Assembly (NCBI RefSeq): GCF_034931625.1
Contig: NZ_JAYGGY010000091.1
Location: forward strand, 20,647 to 52,646
Source: Anabaena cylindrica UHCC 0172
GTDB lineage: Bacteria; Cyanobacteriota; Cyanobacteriia; Cyanobacteriales; Nostocaceae
DNA length: 32,000 bases
Direction of reading: 5' to 3'
Part shown: positions 17,600 through 26,430 of the stretch, piece by piece
Layout: each line of letters starts with the position of its first letter
Position numbering within the stretch: position 1 is the stretch's first letter
The notes under the pieces: model-generated
What the model was told of the DNA's origin: nothing
Databases searched by the model: none
What the model saw: only the letters and a program-made list of their open reading frames with translations
Position numbers and translations under genes: made by a program

Positions 17600-18559
17600 C
17601 TATTTTGTAAACCTATTTAATAAATCTGCACGAGATAAATTTAAAAGTAAGGGAGTAAATTCTTCCCTAGACATGGTAATTACTTGATCAATAATTTTCA
17701 CCAACTCAGGATCAATTTGTCCAAAACGTACTTGCAAAATACTTTCAACCATAGCGCGACGTTCTCTTTGTATCCCTCTATCAATTCCTATTAATTCTCC
17801 TTCTTGTCGCCCTTCTTGTCGTCCTTGTTGCCTTTGTTCTTCTTTGAGTTCTTCTAATAATTGTTGATACATTTCTGATAATTTCATAATCAACTCCTGA
17901 TCATCTTGATCAATATCTTTTTCTTTTTGTTGACGTGCTGATAACATCGCAATTAGGTCATGTACTAATTTTATAACATTCTCCAAGAATGGATTATTAT
18001 TAGCTAGTGCTTCTAATTCTTCCACTGCTTGTCTTTGTACCTTCCCTCTACCTAATACCCTCAAAAACAGTGTTTCTGGTGTACTTGGTAATTGATGTAT
18101 GACCACAACGCCAGTTTTTAACACTTTCCCCAGGAAATAAACTCCTTGACCCCATGTTTCTATATCTACAGTAGCATTACAACCTGCTAGAATGTCTTCT
18201 GATGCAGTCGGAGTGAATATCCATAAATGCGGTAGTTCGGTTTCATTAATTCGCGTATCGTTGCGTTTATATTTTCTTTCTGTTTCTGCATGGATGTCAA
18301 ATAGTTTACCCATGCAACTACGAATTTCACTTTTGCTGACTGCATTACGGAATGGTTCAAATATTACTGAGGCTGCATAAGTCCCCATTTTTCCTAACAG
18401 TCCTAATTCTTCTATATTTTCAGGAGATGTAGGAGTAAAAAATACGTCAATTTGTCTCACTTCTGAAGTGATATCCTTACTCATCTCTACTTGGCCGTAA
18501 GGTGTGAAGAGTTCTGTCAGATATTGTTTAGAAAATTGGTCATGGATAAAGCGTGTCAT
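17600..18559 (-). CDS. Rpn-family / PD-(D/E)XK-like putative recombination nuclease (DUF2887/DUF4351-type cyanobacterial protein)
   Basis: N-terminal HDQFSKQYLTEL...EVRQIDVFF pattern, central charged coiled coil (QRQQGRQEGRQEG) and a C-terminal DUF4351-like ILQVRFGQIDPELVKIIDQV...LLNLSRADLLNRF. gagga lies 4 nt upstream of the ATG. Confidence 0.6.
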   Translation of the reverse strand: MTRFIHDQFSKQYLTELFTPYGQVEMSKDITSEVRQIDVFFTPTSPENIEELGLLGKMGTYAASVIFEPFRNAVSKSEIRSCMGKLFDIHAETERKYKRNDTRINETELPHLWIFTPTASEDILAGCNATVDIETWGQGVYFLGKVLKTGVVVIHQLPSTPETLFLRVLGRGKVQRQAVEELEALANNNPFLENVIKLVHDLIAMLSARQQKEKDIDQDDQELIMKLSEMYQQLLEELKEEQRQQGRQEGRQEGELIGIDRGIQRERRAMVESILQVRFGQIDPELVKIIDQVITMSREEFTPLLLNLSRADLLNRFTK

Positions 18560-18781
18560 TTTTCCTCAATTTACAAAGATTGTGGCAAATTATAGCCATA
18601 ACATAAGGTGTCAATTCTAGAGTATCTTTTTTTGACCCTTAAATCCCCCCAATCTGAGGGACTTTGAAAATTCTTTTCCCCTCATAATCGAGAATTAGGT
18701 ATGGAGTGGAACTTTTGCAGGAAGTCTAAGAAATATCTCTAAAAGGGTAAGATTTTCAGATATCCTCATCCTCATAAACTC

Positions 18782-20161
18782 CTATTTTTGAGAACGACTA
18801 TTCATGTGGATGCGATCGCTCAATTGGCGTATAGTTTGAATTAAAGTCTTGTCTGTCTCTAGCAATTGGGTAATCTTCTCGCAAGAATACATCACCGTTG
18901 TATGGTCTTTACCACCAAACTCCTCACCAATTCTCGGTAAACTCAAGCCTGTATGTTGTCGCATTAAATACATTCCTATCTGCCTAGCCCAACTAATTTC
19001 TCGTTTGCGGGAATTACTTTTTAAGTCTTCAATGGAAATATCAAAAGTCTCCCCTATCACTTTTAAAATTACCTCTGGTGTCACTTCTAGCTTTTGATTA
19101 GAAGCTCCTAAAACTGGGGTAATATTTTCCACAGTCATAGCTAAACCCCAAATAGAAATATAAGCTAAAGCTCGAATTAAAGCCCCTTCCAACTCCCGAA
19201 TATTAGAAGTATAATTACAAGCAATATATTCAACTACATCTCTAGGTAAACGAATATTTTCATACTCAGCTTTTTTTTGTAAAATTGCCATTCTGGTTTC
19301 TAAATCAGGGGATTGAATATCTGCAATCAACCCCATCGAAAACCGTGAACACAGCCGTTCTTGCAAACTAGGAATCTGATTAGGAGGACGGTCAGAAGCA
19401 ATGACAACTTGTTTGCCAGACTCATGTAAAGTATTAAAAGTATGAAAAAACTCTTCTTGAGTATATTCCTTCCCTTCCAAAAACTGAATATCATCAACTA
19501 ACAAAACATCAGCAGCCCGATAATGCTCCCGAAAACTTTGCATACTATCATTACGAATAGCAGTAATTAAATCATTAGTAAACTGCTCAGTCGAAACATA
19601 AAATATTTTAGAATTAGGATAAATTTCCCAACGATAATTACCAATAGCTTGCATTAAATGAGTTTTACCTAAACCCACACCACCGCATAAAAATAAAGGA
19701 TTAAATTCCCTGCCTGGATATTCTGCCACTGCCAAAGAAGCCGCATGAGCCATCCGATTATTAGCACCAACCACAAACCTTGAAAAAACGTACTTGGGAT
19801 TTAATTCTGTAGTTTTTTGTTGATTTTTGGATACATTGGGGAAAATAGGATTAACTGCTGGCAATTCCCAAGCAACTTCTTGTTTACCCAATGGAGAAAC
19901 TTCATCACCTTGAGCAACAGTAATGTAAATTTCTACTGGATAACCCAAAATATCTTGCACAACATGAGCGATCGTATTGATGTAATATTTCTGGAGCCAA
20001 TTGCGAGCAAAAGGGTTAGGAGTCCGAATGACCAAGCAATTATTTTCTAATTGCTCTGCACTAGCAGTTTTAATCCAAGTTTCAAAGGTGGGACGGGATA
20101 GCTCTAGCTGTAAGCGCTCTAGCACCTGACTCCACAGACTGTCAATGGGAATTTCCATCAT
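18782..20161 (-). CDS. dnaA: Chromosomal replication initiator protein DnaA
   Basis: Walker [11 protein letters not shown], Walker B LLVDDIQF, and a C-terminal DNA-binding domain with [15 protein letters not shown]. 459 aa. Confidence 0.95.
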   Translation of the reverse strand: MMEIPIDSLWSQVLERLQLELSRPTFETWIKTASAEQLENNCLVIRTPNPFARNWLQKYYINTIAHVVQDILGYPVEIYITVAQGDEVSPLGKQEVAWELPAVNPIFPNVSKNQQKTTELNPKYVFSRFVVGANNRMAHAASLAVAEYPGREFNPLFLCGGVGLGKTHLMQAIGNYRWEIYPNSKIFYVSTEQFTNDLITAIRNDSMQSFREHYRAADVLLVDDIQFLEGKEYTQEEFFHTFNTLHESGKQVVIASDRPPNQIPSLQERLCSRFSMGLIADIQSPDLETRMAILQKKAEYENIRLPRDVVEYIACNYTSNIRELEGALIRALAYISIWGLAMTVENITPVLGASNQKLEVTPEVILKVIGETFDISIEDLKSNSRKREISWARQIGMYLMRQHTGLSLPRIGEEFGGKDHTTVMYSCEKITQLLETDKTLIQTIRQLSDRIHMNSRSQK

Positions 20162-20298
20162 CTACCACCTTTGCTGCTAATTGCCACAATAGAAGATATG
20201 AGCCAGCAATAATTTAACTTTAAACTGTAATTAATCTGGCATAAACCAGGTAGCCAATATCCTATCACCCAGTGACTAACACGGAGAGAAAAGTACAC

Positions 20299-21510
20299 AT
20301 GACGACAAATAATCATAAACTAGTGCAACAAAGAAGAGGGTGGATGCTAATCACTGGATTAGCCGCAGTGCTGCTGAGTAGCTGTTCTAGCCTCAATAGT
20401 AAGACCTTAGAGGCTGAACAAAGTATTACTCAAGCCCAAAATACCACCACACCGACTTCGGTATTTGCACCCCCTCCTATCATCGCTGCCACAGGTGATC
20501 CTAATTTTGTAGTTGGAGTAGTACAAAAGGTAGGAGGTGCAGTTGTTCGTATTGATTCTGCTAGAACTGTTACATCTCAAGCACCAGATCAATTTTCAGA
20601 TCCATTTTTTCGTAGGTTTGACAGAGTACCACAGGAAAGACAAAGGGTAGAAAGGGGTAGTGGTTCTGGATTTATTATTAATTCTGCCGGTCAAATTTTG
20701 ACTAATGCTCACGTAGTTGATGGTGCTGACCAAGTTACAGTTACACTCAAAGACGGTCGGACTTTTGACGGTAAAGTATTGGGAGAAGACCAAGTTACAG
20801 ATGTGGCAGTCATCAAAATTGAAGCCAATAATCTACCTACCTTAGCTTTAGGCAATTCCAATGTGTTGCAACCAGGAGAAGCAGTCATTGCCATTGGTAA
20901 TCCTTTAGGTTTAAATAATACGGTCACATCTGGAATTATCAGTGCTACAGAACGTTCTAGTAGTGCTATTGGTGCTAGTGATAAGCGTGTGGATTATTTA
21001 CAAACAGATGCAGCAATTAACCCTGGTAACTCTGGCGGACCATTGCTAAATGCTCGTGGTGAAGTGATAGGAATGAACACAGCAATTATCCAAGGCGCTC
21101 AAGGTTTAGGATTTGCAATTCCTATTAATACTGTGCAGAAAATTTCCCAAGAATTAATTGCTACAGGTAAAGTAGATCATCCATATTTAGGCGTGGAAAT
21201 GATAACGCTAACACCAGAAATCAAAGAAAGAATTCTTAGTAGATCTCGCGGACGAGTAAATTTAGTTGCCGAGCAAGGAGTTTTATTAGTTAGGATAGTT
21301 TCTAACTCGCCAGCTGCAATTGCTGGATTCAAACCAGGGGATGTAATCAAAACTATTAACAATCAACCTGTGAATAAAGTGGAGGAAGTCCAAAAGCTTG
21401 TAGAAAATACCAAAATTGGTAATCCTCTCCAAATTCAAGTAGAACGTGATGGAAAAGTGGCTCAATTAATAGTTAAGCCTGCGCCTTTACCAGCGCGTTC
21501 TGAAAACTAA
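20299..21510 (+). CDS. HtrA/Deg-family trypsin-like serine protease with one PDZ domain
   Basis: Catalytic residues in NAHVV, DVAVIKI and GNSGGPL, with a C-terminal PDZ (GFKPGDVIKTINNQPV). ATG 20299 has ggagag 11 nt upstream; GTG 20272 is an alternative start. The N-terminal LLSSC looks lipobox-like. Confidence 0.88.
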   Translation: MTTNNHKLVQQRRGWMLITGLAAVLLSSCSSLNSKTLEAEQSITQAQNTTTPTSVFAPPPIIAATGDPNFVVGVVQKVGGAVVRIDSARTVTSQAPDQFSDPFFRRFDRVPQERQRVERGSGSGFIINSAGQILTNAHVVDGADQVTVTLKDGRTFDGKVLGEDQVTDVAVIKIEANNLPTLALGNSNVLQPGEAVIAIGNPLGLNNTVTSGIISATERSSSAIGASDKRVDYLQTDAAINPGNSGGPLLNARGEVIGMNTAIIQGAQGLGFAIPINTVQKISQELIATGKVDHPYLGVEMITLTPEIKERILSRSRGRVNLVAEQGVLLVRIVSNSPAAIAGFKPGDVIKTINNQPVNKVEEVQKLVENTKIGNPLQIQVERDGKVAQLIVKPAPLPARSEN

Positions 21511-21561
21511 TTGTTTATTTATTTTTCTGCATTTACCATTACCTAAATAATTTTTTCTTCC

Positions 21562-22083
21562 ATGATTGAGACAGTACCAATTATTCAATTAGGCAATCCG
21601 ATATTACGCCAAAAATCAGCTTGGGTGGAAAATATTCACAGTGAGCATATCCAAAAACTCATTGATGATTTAATAGCTACTGTTTCTCAGGCGAATGGTG
21701 TGGGAATTGCCGCACCCCAAGTAGCAGAATCTCATCGTTTATTTATTGTTGCTTCTCGTCCCAATTCCAGATATCCTGATGCCCCAGAAATGGAACCAAC
21801 GGCGATGATTAATCCAAAAATTATTGCTTGTTCAACTGAGGTTGTTAAAGGTTGGGAAGGTTGTTTAAGTGTTCCGGGAATTAGAGGTTTAGTTCCTAGA
21901 TATAGGACAATTGAAATTGAATATACTGACCGCTATGGTCAAATTAAAAAGCAAGAGTTATCAGATTTTATTGCTCGTATTTTTCAACATGAGTATGATC
22001 ATCTTGAAGGGAAAGTATTTTTAGATAGGGTAGAATCTACTTATGAATTAATGACAGAAGCTGAATTCCAAAAGCGGATATAG
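21562..22083 (+). CDS. def: Peptide deformylase
   Basis: All three signature motifs are present: GVGIAAPQV, EGCLSVPG and QHEYDHLEG. 173 aa. Confidence 0.93.
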   Translation: MIETVPIIQLGNPILRQKSAWVENIHSEHIQKLIDDLIATVSQANGVGIAAPQVAESHRLFIVASRPNSRYPDAPEMEPTAMINPKIIACSTEVVKGWEGCLSVPGIRGLVPRYRTIEIEYTDRYGQIKKQELSDFIARIFQHEYDHLEGKVFLDRVESTYELMTEAEFQKRI

Positions 22084-22115
22084 GACTAATAACGTAAGTT
22101 GCTAGTTAGAGAAAC

Positions 22116-22378
22116 TGTCTGAATCAGGATTTCCAGGATTTAAGGATTTTCAGGATGAAGTCTGGGATTTGATCACCTTTTTCCCAATTACCCATTACCA
22201 ATTACCAATTACCAACCTCAACTAGATAACTAGCAACTTGGGTTAATACAGCTTGGGATAATTCGTAATTATTAAAACACCCCACCCCCAACCCCGCAAG
22301 CGAGGAGGGGACTATGATGTATTTCATGCAAGTGCATACCGCTATATCCTTAAATCCTGGAAATCCTGATTCTGACAG
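22116..22378. repeat. 33-bp inverted repeat pair enclosing STRR and GC-hairpin repeats (MITE-like composite)
   Basis: ctgtctgaatcaggatttccaggatttaaggat (22116-22148) is complementary to atccttaaatcctggaaatcctgattctgacag (22346-22378), with 1 mismatch. Related arms occur at 28113-28155, 28375-28417 and 28535-28582. Confidence 0.7.
22185..22219. repeat. STRR heptamer array (caattac family)
   Basis: caattac ccattac caattac caattac caacctc. Confidence 0.85.
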
Positions 22379-22424
22379 TTATACTATAATATGGACAAAA
22401 ATGATACTTTAAAACATATCACAG

Positions 22425-22865
22425 ATGGAACCATTAACTACTGGTGCTGTTGCTCTTGCAACTGTACTGGCTACCAAAGCACTAGAAAAAATTGGCGAAA
22501 ACATCGGAGATGGTTTATCAAACAAGACTAAGCAGTTTTTGGAATCGTTGAAAAAACAATCTTCTGCAACAGTCACCGCTATTGAAAAAGCACCACAACA
22601 ACCCCTCGATTATGGCAAGGCTGTACTGGAAATAGAAGCCGCAGCTAAAACAGACCCTCACGTTAATCAGTCTATCCAGGAATTAGCCCAGTTAACAGAA
22701 ACTAACCCACCGGCGAATTTAGCGGAAATTCTCAAAGAGATTCAAGCAGCTTTTGCAAACTCTCAACACCCCCAGGCGACAATTTTTAATCAAAACATCC
22801 AAAAAGCTATCAACGCCGCGCAAAATCAAAATATTGACCAAAGAGGAAGTACGTTTAATATTTGA
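22425..22865 (+). CDS. 146-aa helical protein; probably the detached N-terminal (effector/adaptor-like) module of the downstream NB-ARC protein
   Basis: ATG start, hydrophobic first helix MEPLTTGAVALATVLATKAL, a Q/N-rich tail, ending at TGA 22863-22865. It is in the same frame as 22980-25076 with no other stop between them. Confidence 0.55.
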   Translation: MEPLTTGAVALATVLATKALEKIGENIGDGLSNKTKQFLESLKKQSSATVTAIEKAPQQPLDYGKAVLEIEAAAKTDPHVNQSIQELAQLTETNPPANLAEILKEIQAAFANSQHPQATIFNQNIQKAINAAQNQNIDQRGSTFNI

Positions 22866-22979
22866 CAGCACTCGTCTGACGGGGAACGGACAAAGTTAAC
22901 CCCCACTAAACATATACCCTATCGTGGTTCTAGGCATTTTGTTGGACGAGAAACAGAACTGACAACTATCCATGAAGAT

Positions 22980-25076
22980 TTGCGACGGGGAAATTATGTA
23001 GCGATAACTGGAATGGGTGGTTTGGGTAAAACGGAATTAGCCACCCAATATGCAACACAATATCAAGATGAGTATGGGGGCATAATTTGGTTTAATGCTA
23101 GAGAAAGCAGACTCGCAGCGGAAGTATTGGAGTTTTTTAGCTTACAGTTGGGTTTAGAAATTCCCCAAGAACGAGGAGGACAACTGCTAAATTTACAAGA
23201 ACAGGTGGCTTGGTGTTGGTTGCAATATCCACAGACAGATTTACCTGTTTTAATTGTTGTTGATGATTTAACTGATTTAGCACATCTGCGAGAAATTGTC
23301 CCCAGTCTGCCACGGTTTCGGGTGTTGATAACAACTCGGCTGCAAAATTTAGATCCTAATTTTATTCAACAACTACTTTTAGATGTTCTCTCACCAGAAA
23401 AAGCATTAGAACTTTTACAAAAGCAACTGGGGGAAAAAGATAAACGAGTTTTCAAAGAACCAGAAGCTGTAACTGCAATATGTAAATCTTTAGAATATTT
23501 GCCTTTGGGGATGATTTTAGTTGGTGGTTATTTATTAAATGACCCTGGACTGTCTCTAACTGAGATGTTGGCACGGTTGCAAAAAGGTAAGTTAGCAGAA
23601 GCAGCTTTACAAGAACGGGAAACTATCAATAAAACTCAACTGGGAGTTAAAGCCGCATTTAATTTAACTTGGGAAACACTAGATAATCAAGCTCAACAAC
23701 TGGGCGCATTTTTAAGTTTATTTTCTCCTCAGTTGATTGTTTGGGATTTGGTAGTTGAGATAGTTAAGTTTGAAGTAGAAAATGAAGAGAAACAACTAAT
23801 TTGGACAGACGAAGAATTAAAAGCAGCAAAATTGCAACTTTATCAACGCAACTTATTACAACTGGCAGAATCACCAGAAGAAGCTTATAAAATACATAAT
23901 TTGGTGAGGTGGTTTTTGCAAGAACAGTTAGCCGAATACAGAGAAATGCAGCCAGTTTTAGAAAGAACTTTTATTAATCCGATGATAGCCCTTGCTCAAG
24001 CACTTTCTCAGTCACCCACCTCTGAAGATATTGGAAATTTTCAGTTTATTGTTTCTCATTGGGAAGCTTTGGGACAACGTTTAATAGATAATATAAAGGA
24101 AAAAACAGAAATAGAGGCCAATTTACCTGTATCCATCCTTACAGATGAGTTTATCTGGGTTTTTGTGGGGCTGGGCATATTTTACGAAAGAAAGGCATTA
24201 TATCAATTAGCAGAACCTTGGCGGAAGGGATGCGTAAAAGTTTACAAGGCGTTGTTTACAGGCAACCATCCTGATATTGCTGCAAGTTTGAACAATTTAG
24301 CATATCTATACGATAGCCAAGGGCGGTATGGTGAAGCCAAACCTCTCTATATTGATGCTTTGCGAATGTATAAGCGACTATTTACAGGCGACCATGCTGA
24401 TGTTGCTTCTAGTTTGAGCAATTTAGGCGTACTTTACCATAAGCAAGGGAAGTACAGTGAAGCCGAATCTCTCTACATTAAAGCTTTAGAGATGAGAAAG
24501 CGGCTATTTACAGGTGACTATCCTGATATTGCTAATAGCTTGAATAATTTAGCCTTACTCTACAAAAGTCAAGGGAAGTACATTGAAGCCAAACTTCTCT
24601 ACCTTGAGGCTTTAGAGATGAGAAAGCGGCTATTTACAGGCGACCATCCTGATGTTGCACAAAGCTTGAACAATTTAGCAGTATTCTACCATGAACAAAT
24701 GTGGTACAGTACAGCCGAACCTCTATACATTAAAGCTTTAGAGATGAGAAAGCGGCTATTTATAGGCGACCATCCTGATGTTGCTAATAGCTTGAATAAT
24801 TTAGCTGACCTCCACAAAAGTCAAGAGAATTACAGTGAAGCCAAACTTCTCTTCCTTGATGCTTTAGTTATGTTGGAACGGGTGTTAGGAGTTAATCATC
24901 CCCATACAATAACCGTTCGAGAAAATTTACAACTTTTGCAACAGCAACTCACACCTCGTTCTGCTCCTAAAACTCTGTTACGTGATCCATTAGCTATATT
25001 AGCTTTACCGTTCTATCGTTTGTGGTTATTGATTAAACGTATTGTGATCTTTTGCTTGCGTTTGTTCCGACATTAA
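22980..25076 (+). CDS. NB-ARC (STAND) NTPase with TPR repeats, NLR-like; homology extends upstream to 22866, so the gene is interrupted or read through
   Basis: Walker A GMGGLGKT (23010-23033), Walker B LIVVDDL, RVLITTR and the LPLG motif. About 5.5 kinesin-light-chain-type TPR units and a hydrophobic/basic C-tail. The conserved lead-in RHFVGRETEL lies before the first available start (TTG 22980). Confidence 0.8.
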   Translation: MRRGNYVAITGMGGLGKTELATQYATQYQDEYGGIIWFNARESRLAAEVLEFFSLQLGLEIPQERGGQLLNLQEQVAWCWLQYPQTDLPVLIVVDDLTDLAHLREIVPSLPRFRVLITTRLQNLDPNFIQQLLLDVLSPEKALELLQKQLGEKDKRVFKEPEAVTAICKSLEYLPLGMILVGGYLLNDPGLSLTEMLARLQKGKLAEAALQERETINKTQLGVKAAFNLTWETLDNQAQQLGAFLSLFSPQLIVWDLVVEIVKFEVENEEKQLIWTDEELKAAKLQLYQRNLLQLAESPEEAYKIHNLVRWFLQEQLAEYREMQPVLERTFINPMIALAQALSQSPTSEDIGNFQFIVSHWEALGQRLIDNIKEKTEIEANLPVSILTDEFIWVFVGLGIFYERKALYQLAEPWRKGCVKVYKALFTGNHPDIAASLNNLAYLYDSQGRYGEAKPLYIDALRMYKRLFTGDHADVASSLSNLGVLYHKQGKYSEAESLYIKALEMRKRLFTGDYPDIANSLNNLALLYKSQGKYIEAKLLYLEALEMRKRLFTGDHPDVAQSLNNLAVFYHEQMWYSTAEPLYIKALEMRKRLFIGDHPDVANSLNNLADLHKSQENYSEAKLLFLDALVMLERVLGVNHPHTITVRENLQLLQQQLTPRSAPKTLLRDPLAILALPFYRLWLLIKRIVIFCLRLFRH
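24243..24872 (+). repeat. Five tandem 126-bp (42-aa) TPR units with near-identical scaffold segments
   Basis: Units start at 24243, 24369, 24495, 24621 and 24747. agaaagcggctatttacaggcgaccatcctgatgttgc recurs almost unchanged in units 3-5, while the central part of each unit differs. Confidence 0.9.
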
Positions 25077-25200
25077 CAATAGCTTGCTCAACTTTGATAA
25101 AGTATCGCCATACAATCTTATTGTATTGGACTACAAAGCTAAGTTAGCGGTTAACAGAGTTAATGTAGTTGCGGCTTTTTCAATAAGCTTAGTGGAGAAT

Positions 25201-25305
25201 CTCGTAGTTTGTTGAATTTTGACGGATAAAGAGGAATGAACCGCAAAGACGCAAAGAGCGCGAAGGAAGAAGGAAGAAGGTTTAATAGTCGAACAAAGTA
25301 TGATG
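25201..25305. mobile_element. MITE-like element related to the 9457-9595 element
   Basis: The reverse complement contains ..cttcttccttcttccttcgcg..gcggttcattcctctttatccgtcaaaat.., matching the core of the 9457-9595 element. The termini are imperfect (tagtttgttgaa / tcgaacaaagta). Confidence 0.45.
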
Positions 25306-25355
25306 GGGTTAATGGATAAGGAAGCATCACCTGCAATGTTTTTGTCATAGAAATT

Positions 25356-26429
25356 ATGAAAAAGCTAATTAATCAAGCCGATGACTTTGTTAGAGAAAGT
25401 TTAGCAGGAATGGCTGCTGCTCATGGCGATTTAATTAAGGTCAATTATGAGCCGACTTTTGTTTATCGAACCGATGCACCTATACAGGGAAAGGTAGCAA
25501 TTATTTCTGGGGGTGGTAGTGGTCATGAACCTATGCACGCTGGCTTTGTCGGTATGGGAATGCTTGATGCGGCTTGTCCTGGGGAAGTTTTCACCTCACC
25601 AACTCCTGACCAAATGTTAGCAGCAGCGCAACAAGTAGATGGTGGTGCGGGTATTATTTATATCGTTAAAAATTATAGCGGTGATTTGATGAATTTTGAA
25701 ATGGCGACGGAGTTAGCCAGAAGTGAAGGCATCCGCACGCTCAATATTATCATTGATGATGATGTGGCGGTGAAAGATAGTCTGTATACCCAAGGGAGAA
25801 GAGGTGTAGGTGTAACAGTGCTGGCGGAAAAAATTTGTGGTGCAGCAGCGGCAGCAGGTTATGATTTGCAGCAGGTAGCAGATTTGTGCAGAAAGGTAAA
25901 TCTGCATGGACGTAGTGTAGGAGTTGCGCTCAGTTCTTGTACAGTTCCAGCTAGGGGAACACCGACTTTTGCTTTGGGGGATAACGAGATAGAATTAGGG
26001 ATTGGCATTCATGGAGAACCGGGAATAGCCAGGGTTTCTATGCAATCAGCAGATGAGATTACAGAGATTTTAGTGCGATCGCTCATTGATGATCTTCCCT
26101 ATAATCGCACAGTTAGGGAGTGGAATGAAGCCACAGAGGGATGGGTAGATGTGGAACTGTTAAATAAACCCCTGCAAAAAGGCGATCGCATTCTGGCTTT
26201 TGTTAATAGTATGGGTGGGACTCCCATTTCTGAACTCTATCTCGTCTATCGCAAACTAGCAGAAATCTGTGCCAGGGAAGGATTGCAAATCGTGCGAAAT
26301 CTAATTGGCCCCTACATTACATCATTAGAAATGCAAGGTTGCTCCATTACTCTGCTAAAATTAGACGACGAAATGCTCAAGTTATGGGATGCACCAGTCA
26401 AAACAGCAAGTTTACGCTGGGGAGTGTGA
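25356..26429 (+). CDS. dhaK: Dihydroxyacetone kinase, DhaK (substrate-binding) subunit
   Basis: GGGSGHEP motif and GIHGEPG with the substrate-binding His. 357 aa. Confidence 0.92.
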   Translation: MKKLINQADDFVRESLAGMAAAHGDLIKVNYEPTFVYRTDAPIQGKVAIISGGGSGHEPMHAGFVGMGMLDAACPGEVFTSPTPDQMLAAAQQVDGGAGIIYIVKNYSGDLMNFEMATELARSEGIRTLNIIIDDDVAVKDSLYTQGRRGVGVTVLAEKICGAAAAAGYDLQQVADLCRKVNLHGRSVGVALSSCTVPARGTPTFALGDNEIELGIGIHGEPGIARVSMQSADEITEILVRSLIDDLPYNRTVREWNEATEGWVDVELLNKPLQKGDRILAFVNSMGGTPISELYLVYRKLAEICAREGLQIVRNLIGPYITSLEMQGCSITLLKLDDEMLKLWDAPVKTASLRWGV

Positions 26430-26430
26430 G

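Noticed and set aside
20162-20298. Second DnaA-box cluster upstream of dnaA
   Set aside because: Only degenerate matches (e.g. attgccaca) are present. This is nothing comparable to the six perfect boxes at 17171-17391.
22863-22910. Selenocysteine decoding of the in-frame TGA in the NLR-like gene
   Set aside because: Only a weak bulged stem (ggggaac...gtt-aa-cccc, starting about 17 nt downstream) can be drawn. There is no functional reason for Sec in a linker, and no evidence of Sec machinery in the window. Pseudogene, sequencing error or plain readthrough are more parsimonious.
25160-25348. 62-aa minus-strand ORF upstream of dhaK
   Set aside because: It is largely translated from the MITE-like repeat at 25201-25305 (same family as 9457-9595), so it is unlikely to be a gene.
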